Shown here piece after piece: positions 12,801 through 23,846 of a stretch of 64,000 bases of DNA. Within the stretch, counting starts at the first letter, position 1, and each line of letters opens with the position of its first letter. The stretch is from Azolla caroliniana (lineage: Eukaryota; Plantae; Polypodiophyta): the NCBI GenBank assembly GCA_043228905.1, contig JBHGNT010000017.1:15562001-15626000 (forward strand), given 5' to 3'. A program made the translations under genes and the position numbers. The notes under the pieces are model-generated. The model worked only from the letters and a program-made list of their open reading frames with translations, did not search any database and was not told the origin of the DNA.

Positions 12801-14443
12801 ACAAAGCCAGGATCATGGTGAAGGGGTTCCAGCAGAAGAAGGGCGTGGACTTCGACGAGATATTTGCCCCGGTAGTAAAGATGACGTCCATCCGAACAGT
12901 GTTGAGTATAGCGGCAAGCATGGACCTCGAGGTAGAGCAGTTGGATGTGAAGACGACATTTCTTCACGGTGACCTCGAAGAGGAGATCTACATGCAGCAA
13001 CCGGAAGGATTCATGGAGATAGGGGAGGAGCACCTGGTATGCCGGGTTGAAGAAGAGCCTGTACGGACTGAAGCAAACTCCCCGGAAATGGTACCGGAAG
13101 TTCGACTCCTTCATGACAGATCAAGGGTACCACAAGACGTAGGTTGATCACTGCGTGTTTGTGAAGAAGTTCGAAGGAGGCGACTTCCTGATACTCCTTC
13201 TGTACATGGACGACATGTTGATCGTCGGACGGGACCAAGCCAAAATACGGATGCTGAAGAAAGCTCTCAACCGAACCTTCGCGATGAAAGACTTGGGTCC
13301 GACAAGACAGATGTTGGGGATGCATATCATCCGGAACCGGCCAGTGAAGCAATTGTGGCTGTCACAAGAGAAATACGTGACAAAGGTGCTTCAGCGGTTC
13401 AACATGTCAGATGCAAAACCGGTCGGATCGACACTTCCGGCAAACTACAGGTTATCCGGTAAGCAAAGCCCGAAGACGAAAGCAGAGAAGGCAGATATGA
13501 TGAAGGTTCCATATGCCTCTGCCGTCGGGAGCTTAATGTACGCAATGGTTTGTACCCGACCGGATATAGGATTCGCAATCGGAGTGATGAGCCGGTTTAT
13601 GAGCAATCCCGGAAAGGAGCCCTGGAATGCGGTCAAATGGATACTCCGGTACTTGAAGGGCACCTCAAATATGTGTCTCTGATTCGGCTCCGGTAAACCT
13701 CAACTTGACGGTTTTACCGATTCGGATATGTCAGGTGATGTGGATACCAACCGGTCTACATCCGGGTATGTAATGACATATGTAGGGGGAGTTGTTTCAT
13801 GGCAATCGAGGCTGCAGAAGACGGTTGTGTTGTCAACCACGGAGGCAGAGTACATGGCGGCTGTGGAAGCCGGCAAGGAAATATTATGGATGAAGGACTT
13901 CATCAGAGAGCTTGGTATCCGGCAAGAAGAATACTGGCTCTATTGCGACAATCAAAGTGTCATCCACCTTGCTAAGAATGCAGCCTACCATTCCCGAACG
14001 AAGCATATCCAGCGAAGGTATCACTGGATCCGGGAAAGAGTAGATGACCAGGAGTTCGCGCTGACGAAGATCCACACGGCCCAGAACGGGTCAGATATGC
14101 TGACCAAAGTACTGATACCCGATAAGTTGGATGCATGCCGGAAGCGGATCGGACTAGTAAGACATCCCATGCCGGAGTGAAGGGGGAGTTTGTTAGGAAA
14201 CAAGTCCCTCCGGATGGGAAGTGAGAAGAACAATACTGATGAACAAACCAGATGAGGAGTACCCGACTACGGAGAGCCGGATGGTGCAGACCTGGTGAGA
14301 ACCGGATGAGGAGTACCTGGAAATAGAAGACCCGGTGAGAACCAAATGACGAGTGCCCGACAAGATCCGGATGATGCAAGCCAAGTGAGGAGCGCTCACC
14401 GGATGAAGAGACATATTCGTAAATATGTTTCTGAGAGTCCATC
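9357..14443 (+). mobile_element. Ty1/copia element C1 (5' LTR 9357-10127, PBS-Met 10131-10142, decayed gag-pol 10158-14180, PPT, truncated 3' LTR 14191-14443)
   Basis: LTR starts TGTTAGGAAAC at 9357 and 14191; TGGTATCAGAGC PBS; copia order PR-IN-RT-RH (HTDVC, NGLAER, YMDD, STTEAEY, KHI); PPT GAAGGGGGAG; multiple stops and frameshifts. Confidence 0.96.
9413..9585 (+). repeat. Three 57-bp tandem units in U3 of the C1 5' LTR
   Basis: ACCGGATGAGGAGTACCCGGCTACGGAGAGCCGGATGGTGCAGACCCGGTGAGA-type unit repeated; copy number differs in the 3' LTR and in the sister LTR at 18660-18894. Confidence 0.9.
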
Positions 14444-17400
14444 TCTACTCGGGGTACGATCAGTTCCAGCTAGCCATAGAGAGCAGTGACATCACGACAA
14501 TGCGAACTCCTCTCGGCCTAGTACAGATGTGTACCCTACCGTAAGGAGGGACGAACTCGGTGGCTCACATGGTGAACGCAATGAACAATGTGCTGAGGAA
14601 TTGTATCCCGGACATCACCATGCCGTTTTTGGACGACGTCCCGATCAAGGGATGCCCGGTGGAGGAAAAGGACGAGACGATCGGACCGGACAAGTGCTGG
14701 AAATTCATGGCGATGCACATCGATGACTGCGAGAAGGTGCTGCAGAGGTTGGAGGGCGCGGGGCTCACCTTCTCCGGCGAAAAATCGGCCTTCGGGCAAT
14801 CAGAGATCATGGTCGTCGGACACCTATGCGGGTCGTACGGCCGGAAACCGTCTCCGGCTAAGGTAGAAGCCATCTCCGCGATGAAGGACGACTGTAGCTC
14901 GGTCACGGAGGTTCGGAGGTTCTTGGGAGCGTGCGCGTTCTACCACATATGGATCCCGCATTACGCTCACGTCGCGGAGCCGTTATACGGGTTGCTGAAA
15001 AAGGGGCGAAAATTCGAGTGGAGAGATGAGCATACAGAGTCTGTCCGAAAGATGAAGGAAGCGCTTGCCGCAGCTCCGGCGCTCCGAAAGGCTATCTACG
15101 GAAAGGACACTCCAATTTACGTAACGATAGACACGAGTCCGACCGGGATCGGATGGGTCGTCAACCAAGAGGACGAGGACGGCATGCGTTTCCCGATCCG
15201 GTTCGGCGTGAAGGTCCTCAGCGAGCGACAGCGAGGATACGCCCAGGTTAAACGCGAGCTCTGGGGTATCGTTTCGGCGGTAAAGGCCGATAAAGACTAC
15301 CTGATCAGGGCAGAGGTAATTATCGAGACGGACTGCCTGCCAATTCTTGGCATGGTTTCCGGATGCGCGACGCCGGACCTGGCAATGCTCAGGTGGATAG
15401 CGTACATCAAGTCCCTGAATCCGGAAATACGACACATTTCCGGGAAAGACAATGCCATGGCCAACATGCTTTCAAGGGCGAGGTTCGAAGACGAGGGCGG
15501 CATGGTTTCGGAGGATGAGGAAGTCGGCGTGGACTTCTTCAAGGCGGCTCACGTAACAACCGGCAGGGAATGCACTCCAACGCTTAATGATTTGGACGAT
15601 AGCAAGTACGACGGGGAGTGACTGCAGATCGGCGGGTTCCTGAAAACAATGACACCGGATGCGGCATGGACAACGGATGAGGCCAACCGGATTTGGAAGA
15701 AAGCGTACCGATTCTTTCTCTGGGACGGGTACATATGGAAGCACCCGAAGAAGAGGAACGACATCCCGCTCCGAGTAGTGGCGAAGAAGGAGGAACAGGA
15801 GGATTTGCTGGCGGCGTACCATGACAGTCCTTGGGCTGGACACCGTGGAATGTGGGCCACGTTCGAAAAGCTAAAGGGGAAGTACTGGTGGCCGGGACTA
15901 TACCGGGACGTGCATCGGTTCGTGACGACTTGCGAAAGCTGTCGGGTGCACTCCATGATCCGACACCGGGACAAGCTTCACCCGACCTACCCTCCAACCG
16001 TCCACTTCAAGTGGATGGTGGATTTGGTGACGATGCCAATGGGGGTAGGACAGATGCGGTATCTGGTGCTGGCTCGGGAGGATCTAACGAACCAAGTTGA
16101 AGGCCGAGCCCTACAGAACAAGACGACTGCAGCCGTGTGCCGGTTTTTGATTGAGGACGTGGTATGTCGATACAGGTGCGTAGGGAAGATCGTGGCTGAC
16201 CGTGGTGAGTTGGACGCAGAAGAGGCCGAAGAGCTGTTCGACCGGCTAGGAGTCAAACTTTCGCTCACCACAACGTACAATCCGGAGGCGAACGGGAAGG
16301 TAGAGCGCGGACACGGGCCGATTGTCAAAGCGCTAGTACGGGCGTGCGGAGGCCAAGTTGGGAATTGGCCACGGCTGCTACCTTATGCCTTGTGGGCGGA
16401 CCGGACTACGCACAGTTCGGTAACCGGGTTCATGCAGGCAGAGCTTATGTTCGGACAGAAGCCGATCATGCCAACAGAGCGAACGATCTCCTCGTGGGCC
16501 ATGGTGGACTGGAGGGATGAGATGAGCCAGGAGGAACTGTTGGTGGCGCGGATTCGACAGCTCGAGCGGAGGCCGGAGGACGTAGAGCGAGCCGCGGAGA
16601 AACTTCGGGTAGCGAGGATAAGGAACAAAGCCTGGTTCGACCGAACACACCGGCTCCGGCCAAGGAAGATCGAGGAAGGCGACTGGGTGCTAGTCTACGA
16701 CAGCAGCCTCGACAATCAGCACAAGGCCACGCGGAAGTTCGCAAGGAGGTGGTTCGGGCCTTACGTAGTAACAGGCGCCAACGACAATGGGACGTACCAT
16801 CTCGCAGAGCTCGACAGTACGAGAATGGCGATACCGGTAGCGGGGAAGAGGATCAAAGCGTTCAAGAAACGACACGACGGTGAGCTGGAGCTAGGGGGCA
16901 CGGACAACAACGACGAGCAGCCCGAGGCGGAGGACGAACCGGTAAACGAGGAATAAAAGCAAGGACCGGTTTTCTCCAGTAGGAACCCAATTTTGGCGCA
17001 TACCGGTGGATGCGCGGTTAGGTGGGGGCGGATGTCATGAAGAAAACCGTCCCCAGGCGTGAACCGTGTATGGCGTGTGTGAACCGGCCTTTACACGTGG
17101 GCACGCCCCTTGATGTACAGTAGATAGGTAGGCACAAAGGTCAGATCCTAGGTAGCAATATTCTATAGGGAGAATCGAGGAGTATCTCTGTCCGAAAGGA
17201 CAGAGAATTAATGTGATGTAAACGGGTAAGACGGCCTCCCTCCTAGACCTATAAAAGAGAGGGAGACGGGGAGAGAAGGGCATGGCGCGCTAGAAGGAAC
17301 GAAGTGCTGTCGGACTGGGACCGAGCTCTTCTTCTCTGTCGTTCCCCATAGCTTTCTTTTGCGCAGGTTCTCAGGAGGCTGATTCTGCTCCGTGAAACGC

Positions 17401-17594
17401 CCGTGTGCTTCCGGCAGAATCTCCATCTTGCTCTCCTGTGTGCGTGGGTGATCAGGCGTCAGCATCCACCTCGCCGACCTGATCGGCTGTAACCGTTCGA
17501 GTCGTCTGCATACATACTCTAGTGTTCTCATCTCGTGTCTCCTGTGTTGTTGTGTCGCGTCCCCGTGCGCTTCTTTGTCTATACGTGAGTGAGC

Positions 17595-17640
<46 letters not shown>

Positions 17641-17709
17641 ACCTATTCCTCGGTCCAAGACCCCAGTGGTCCCACCTTGTTCTCCATGCACGCGCGTAAC
17701 AACGCGACA
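14441..17709 (+). mobile_element. 3' half of Ty3/gypsy G2a (RT-RNase H-integrase 14444-16956, PPT, 3' LTR 17033-17709); same lineage as G2b at 50142
   Basis: FLDDVPIKG RT, DTSPTGIG RNase H, HHCC zinc finger plus YNPEANGKVER integrase; PPT GGTGGGGGCGGA; LTR TGTCATG...CGCGACA. Confidence 0.94.
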
Positions 17710-18894
17710 CCGTTCCGGTTCGATGTCTGCTTCGAATCGTTGCCGTCGGTTTCCTTGTCTTTTCGGAAGTGCCGACAGTTTTTCTGGAAGTGTCTCGGCT
17801 TTCAGCAATAGAAGCAGGTAGGCCTCCCCCTTGACTTTGACCGTATCCTCGACTTATCCCGGTTCTGGGGACTACGGTTCCTTTGTCTTCCGCGTTCCGA
17901 TTCGGTAATGAGCGCTTTGGAGTCAGAGTTCGTATCCTTGTCTTTCCGACGCGCCTCCTCATCTAGCAAGCTCGACTTCACTCTTGCCAGGGATAACCGT
18001 TTCCCTTCCGGCCCAGCGTTGCCCAAAGTGACAACCAACGTCTCCCAGCTATCTGGGAGGGAACCGAGCAGGAGTAGTGCTAGTACCTCATCGGCGAGAG
18101 GTACTTCCAATGATGTTGCCTGGTGGATCAGCCCCTGGAAGGCATTCATGTGCTCCGCCATGCTGGAGCCATCTTGGTACTGGAGTCTTACTAGCTTCCG
18201 AAATACCGAAACCTGATTAACAACATTTTTGTTTTGAAACATAATGCCGATCTTCTCCCAGAGCTCAAGATGTTAACGTGGAAGAGTACAATAGAGAGAA
18301 GAGTACACAAGATGTTAACGTGGAAAACCCAAACTAGGGAAAAACCATGGCAGCCCACAGACTACAAACTATCACTATATCATAATGTACAATAGTAAAG
18401 CACCGAGGCAACGACCTCGAGCTTGCTATCTTCGCCACAGGCGGCGGTTACAACAGAGGCAACGACCTCTTCCTCTCTCTCTCTCTCTCTCTTTGTACAC
18501 AATTACGCACTCAAGTCTTGCACCAACAAGAAAGACAACTACAATACCACTAAGTTTGCCCTAAGTCATATTTATACTAATATGATTTTTCGGCTATTTA
18601 CAAATATCGCCCCGATGGACTCTCAGAAAACGTATTTACGAATATGTCCCTTCATCTGGTGAGCACTTCTCACCGGGCCTTCACCATCCGGCTCTTGCCG
18701 GGTACTCATCATCTGGTTCTCACCGGGTCTTCCGTAGCCAGGTACTCCACATCTGGTTCTCACCGGGTCTTCCGTTGCCGGGTACTCCACATCTGGTTCT
18801 CACCGGGTCTTCCGTTGCCGGGTACACCACATCCGAGTTTGCTCATCAACGTTGTTCTTCTCGCTTCTCATCCGGAGGGACCTATTTCCTAATA
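17710..18894 (-). mobile_element. Ty1/copia C2 fragment (partial 5' LTR 18894-18270 plus gag 18265-17710), same family as C1, inverted
   Basis: ORF 17802..18242(-) is nearly identical to 10425..10802(+); the LTR matches the C1 LTR in reverse complement; the LTR end, PBS and gag start are deleted. Confidence 0.92.
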
Positions 18895-19915
18895 GAAAAA
18901 AGCGGCGGAGGAGGAACAAAGGAAGATGGCCGACAACCTCCGTTGAGCAGAGGAAAGCTTGAGAAAAGGTCATCAAGTATATGACCGGCTGAAGGAAGAA
19001 AAAGAAAGACTCTGCAAGAAAAGGACAAACTCCGGCGCTCGGCTGAAGTAGAGATCGAGCGACTCAAGGAAGAACTTCGGCAACAAAAGAATCAGGAAGA
19101 TTGTGCTCGCCGTCTGATCAACCAACGGCTGAACCAGAAAACAAAGGACTTTGATCGGTTGCACTGGGATCACCAACACTTGGATGCGGAGCACAAGAAA
19201 TTGATCACCGAAAGTGATTTGCAGCAGGAGAAGTTATAGGAAGTTCAAGAGGAAGTTAACCGAACCGTGGCGGTTTTGGTAGAGGAACAATCGAAGGGGG
19301 TTGAAGTAGCAAAACAACTGGCAGAAGCGGCGAAAGAACGGGTAGACCTGACCTGACAGCACTCGAAGGCAACGGAGCGCGCGATAATGGCTCTGAACAA
19401 AGTTCAGACAACCTATCAGACCCAGCTCATGCACTACAAAAGCCAAGAAGTGGCAACCGCGAGCCTGATCAAACAATTGAAGGACGAAAAATAGGCCGCG
19501 GAGAACAAGTCGAAGATGGGGCCGGGGTGGATCCGGGATATTGTACTGGCATGGAGAGACCGAAAGAAAAGACTGGTAGAAGAAAATTCAGCTCAATGGT
19601 GGTCTCAATGGGCGAAGCAGGCGGCTGAGTTACAATTGCCACGATCGGATGCGGAGAACCAACAGAAGGACGACGACGATTTCTATAAATTAGACGAGGA
19701 AAACATTGTTGCCATAAGGGAGGAATTGTCGGACGACTTCCTATCATTAGTTGGGGACCACTTGGCGGCGGTGAGGCGATTGGTGGAGTAGTTGGACGAT
19801 GACCAGCTGGATACACAACTCAAGCTAGAGCGGTATGAACGAGAACGACGATGGCATGAAGAACTGCGACGATCAACATCAGTGATGAAGAGTCGTCTTC
19901 GGAGCAGGCGCTGAA
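18895..19915 (+). pseudogene. Decayed coiled-coil accessory ORF in the 3' region of a gypsy element (probably G1)
   Basis: One frame reads LQEKDKLRRSAEVEIERLKEELRQQK...MGPGWIRDIVLAW...ERRWHEELRR with a few TAG/TGA stops; CCGG-rich composition like G1; lies upstream of a purine tract and LTR-like block. Confidence 0.6.
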
Positions 19916-20391
19916 GGAAGCCGGAACGGGGGAAAGCCAGCCGTCTGGAACTCAAGAGGAAAAGACAAACATAACTCCGGAGGCGCAACCGAAGGATGGA
20001 AACCGGCACACCGAAAACCAGCAACAGGAGGAGCCACTAAAGGAAGGTCATTCGTAAGAAGCAGTGCACGCCGGACAACAACACTAGGAGACGCCAAAAC
20101 CAATAGAGCTAGAAAAGGAGGAAGAGCTGGTAAGACAAATAGAGCCGCAGGAAACTGAAGTGAAGCAGCCACAGCTAGAGCCGGAGCAACAACACGAGCA
20201 GCCACAACCGCAGGAACAACAGAAGTCGGGGCAACAACAGGAGGAGGAACAACAACAGCAACAGACGACTGAACAACTTCCTGAGGAACCATTGGAACCC
20301 TTAGATCAAAGCATTCTGGACATTTTAGAGGAAGAATGAAGGCTGGATCATGGGATTCGACGTACAAGGTACTGTCCCACAGGTGTGCCAT
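19879..20391 (-). CDS. Antisense 170-aa Pro/Val/Ala-rich ORF of unknown function, adjacent to the putative PPT
   Basis: Open from ATG 20391 to stop 19879; CxxC (CPEC) near the N-terminus and a hydrophobic central stretch; converges on the sense accessory ORF. Confidence 0.4.
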   Translation of the reverse strand: MAHLWDSTLYVESHDPAFILPLKCPECFDLRVPMVPQEVVQSSVAVVVPPPVVAPTSVVPAVVAARVVAPALAVAASLQFPAALFVLPALPPFLALLVLASPSVVVRRALLLTNDLPLVAPPVAGFRCAGFHPSVAPPELCLSFPLEFQTAGFPPFRLPSAPAPKTTLHH

Positions 20392-20420
20392 GTGTTAGCT
20401 AACCGACAAGGGAAGTCCAG

Positions 20421-20789
20421 AATGGGGAAAGAGGGATAATTAATAACTGGGAGCTGATTATTTATAATATAGAATTATTATGATTTTGAGAAGCGAACGG
20501 ACGGACCCGGAATCGGTATGCCGATCCAGATCTGGACCGGTTCGTAGCCGGTTGTCGGTTGGCACCGGTTTGTACCTAAAGTCGGAGACCTATAAAAGGG
20601 CCCGGTTAGATTGTAATCATTAGCGGATAATTAATAGAGTGTTGTTGTTCTGTATCTTAATCCTTGTTAATTACCGTTCTGTGCTAAGTGTAATTCATCT
20701 TACGCGTGTATTGTGACTAATGATCTTTTCGATTAGTAACCAATTAGGGTTTCATTAATAGTTCGGTCTAAGTTTATCTCACCGCAACA
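20421..20789 (+). mobile_element. Putative polypurine tract plus 3' LTR of gypsy G1
   Basis: AATGGGGAAAGAGGGA purine tract, CCGG-rich U3, CCTATAAAAGGG TATA box near 20590, T-rich U5-like tail. A canonical TG start is not evident, so boundaries are uncertain. Confidence 0.5.
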
Positions 20790-21429
20790 CCCTTTGGTGA
20801 AGTGTCTCAAGGGGACACCCTGTGTTAGGCCATTGGCCAACCCTAGCGATAACATACACTCCCAAAATATATTCCTACGTGCAATATCTTTCCAACGGCC
20901 TCGCGGTTTACGTACCTACGACCTATTATGCGCATGGTTTTACGCACCCAGTTTATGAACAATGTTACGCACCCGATTATGCACTGAATGTTGAGCTTGT
21001 CTCTCAACAATCATGAACTATCCTTTTTCAAAAATGTATACCAAATTAATGGACAATGGCACAAATTTAAGATGTCTCAATTGCAGAAACCTTTGCCAGG
21101 TGGAACTATTAATCGCATTTGATTATCCATATCTTCCACTCATAAAATGTTCTCAAAACATCTTTTGTGTAAATCTCAACCAACTTCTCCAAATACATTC
21201 TCATTTGAGTTAATGCTCGATTTAAGTTCATTTCGTTTTGAGTAACTCCAAGTTTATAAATATTCATTCTACAGCTAGCAAACATCTCTCTTCGTGGTTA
21301 AAGTAAATATCAAAAACTTGAACTAGATTGAATAACATGTGATACTGTGTATCTAGTTTTTGTACATCACCTAAATTTACATCATTGTAGAAAGAATCTA
21401 AAGTGGAATACGCAATCCTTCCACTTGTG

Positions 21430-22960
21430 AATGCGAACATGTTGAAGGGTCAACGGTAAAAAAAGCCAAAGTTAGACCCACAAGTTGAGATGAAGTCAAA
21501 GATGCGTAAAAGTGACTTGGTTATTGAAGATTTGGCCGAAGATTTGAAGCTCCTCCCTTGGCAGTCATTGCAGGGCATTAAAGACGATAGATTATTAATA
21601 TTTGTACTTTCTCGAGTGGTTGCCAAGGAGTTCAACTTAGATGAGATGGTTACTGAATTCCAAAAGCAAGTGTTTTTTTATTATGATAGGTTTTTCTTTG
21701 AATGGCTTCTTCATTTGCTATGAATATGGACCTTTGTTTTTATTCGATTTTTGGCCATAAAGTATACATGAAGATCCAGGAGTTTATAATGATGAAATTG
21801 TACCTGCCAACATGGGAAGAAGTTGAACAAGCATGCCCAACAACATTATCATATAAGGCTCTGGAAGAGTTCTTCATAGTATTTAGAGAATAGGTATGTG
21901 TGTTTACAGTTTTAATTGTTTTGATTTTCATGATAATTTCTTACTAAATTGATAAATGCAGAAACCGCCCCGATCAAAGAAAGTGGGTGACAATAATGAA
22001 GGCGTGTCAGAGGACTCGAATACGGTAAATAGTTTTCTACATAGAGCCTATCCTTTTCGACCATGTATATAATGGGGATGTGGTTAATATGCTTGACATA
22101 TTACCAAAGAGTCATTATACGTTACTTATTGTTGAAATACCGTATGGATTCTAAATCACGGGATCAACATATGATGGTGTGCCTTACAAGTATCCCCAAA
22201 TAGAAAAGATGGTAAAAGACTTTTCAGAGTTGACCCTAGCACCATTATGGAGGATCATAATATTTCATAGAATGGGTTAGTCATTATCCATTACTACGGC
22301 TTTGAAGTCGAGATGTCATTCAACAGAACATATGCATTGGTAAGCTACAAGTTGTTTTAATACACAATTACAAATGCACTTAATATTTTATGAAATCCAT
22401 TTATAAAACTATTGTATGATATAAATAGGATTAAAACAAATATAACAAATAGCTTGGGAAATCAGATGGTGAGTGTTGTTGAACATCTCTGTGTGGGGTA
22501 TTACGATGCAATCATGAAGAAGAAGGCTTGGGCACACGCGAATGAATGAAATGTTGTGAATTATATCATGTCTCCAATTGTGACAAAGAAGCTTCGCCAT
22601 GCATTTGGCGATAAGAGTCTAGTCAACCCCTACCAAAAACCTCAAAGTCTAATGAATCGCCTCATCGAGCTCTTTTCAAATCCGTATGATTGGGTTTTAG
22701 ATTTTTTTTCCCGAGATAGGTATATACTATAAGTTTAATCACATTAAATTAATTTAACTTTAGTCTTAGATTAAGTTTTCTTGACATGGGCAATTCCATT
22801 CTTCTATCAAGTACTATAACATCATGTGCATTAAAGATGTTCAGGAATTGTGTGGCATTGGAGAAGTACCCCCTAAACAAGTGAACTTTATTAAAATGAG
22901 GATCGATGGTATCTGGGATTGTCCCAATCAAGACCAAGAAGTTGGGGCAATCATATCAAT
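21430..22960 (+). pseudogene. Intron-containing beta-class N4-cytosine/N6-adenine DNA methyltransferase (N6_N4_Mtase-like), decayed
   Basis: Manual translation: HVYNGDVVNMLDILPKSHYTLLIVEIPYGF (22062-22151; motif III/IV, xPPY-like); intron GT22340-AG22428 splitting W of W-I-K; VNPYQKPQSLMNRLIELFSNPYDWVLDFFS (motif X/I); intron 22720-22810 (acceptor mutated to AA); GTITSCALKMFRNCVALEK...QVNFIKMRI. Three stops and at least two frameshifts. Confidence 0.88.
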
Positions 22961-23559
22961 GAAACTGAGATGTTCCAAATGACTTCTAGAGAACCAAATT
23001 TAGAACCTATAGATGAAGAAGCAAGGGAGCTTGTGGACTTAGAAGATGTATTATAGACCAAACACATCCACGATTTAGCCAAGCAAACGGAAGATGCCAA
23101 TGACAACAATATGCAACAATCAACTAATAACACGTTCACGTTCGCAAGTGGAAGGATCACACATTCCACTTGACAATGTAGATTCCTTTAATAATCTTGC
23201 GATTTCAAACAATTTTCAAAAACTTGATACACCAATATCACATGTTTTAAATAGCATATAAATCTTGCTGATTTTTTGAGATTTAATAAGTGTCAAAAGG
23301 ATCATTTCTAAAATTGGATAGTTTTTCGATAAATGTTTAAATGTTGACGGTTTGCAAATATGAAATGTACTTAACTTAAAGAAAAACACAAAGTGCCACC
23401 ATCTTCTACACCATATGCCTTCGCTAAACGTCGGTCCTTTTCTTTCAACGCTCTTTCAAAATGTGCAAGAAATGGTGTAGAAAATCAAGAATATCTTTAA
23501 CTTCTCTAGATTTGTTACTATCACTATCTCAAATGATCAAATTGTGCATAGTTTGGTCC

Positions 23560-23846
23560 ATCCACAACAAAGAAACATTTATGTGGGACCAAGGATGACA
23601 ACATGAGCATAACTTAGGTGACAAGGAAACTTGCAAGAACTCAAGGTGGGGATATTAAATGTTACGCATGTCGATGGCCATGACCTAGGGCACTGATTAT
23701 GGATTGCTGGACGTGGTGATGCATTAAAGATTTGTAATACATTTATCATTGACATTAATGAGGTGAATATCATTGTGTATGACTTTACACTAACAAAAGT
23801 TGGACGTTTAAGGAAGACAACAATAGACACAATAAAAGAGAAATGA
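23560..23846 (+). pseudogene. Decayed coding remnant, possibly the C-terminus of a DNA-transposon protein
   Basis: Broken frames read RNIYVGPR...GNLQELKVG...LWIA...NIIVYDFTLTKVGRLRKTTIDTIKEK*. The family assignment is only a recollection of transposase-associated C-termini. Confidence 0.3.

Noticed and set aside
16996-17016. Covarying hairpin (GCGCAT..ATGCGC vs GCACA..TGTGT) before the PPT of G2/G3
   Set aside because: The apparent compensatory changes are what CpG deamination on both strands would produce, so they are not evidence of selection.
18895-20391. env gene call for the accessory ORFs
   Set aside because: No signal peptide, cleavage site or clear transmembrane anchor visible in the sense ORF; left as unknown accessory ORFs.
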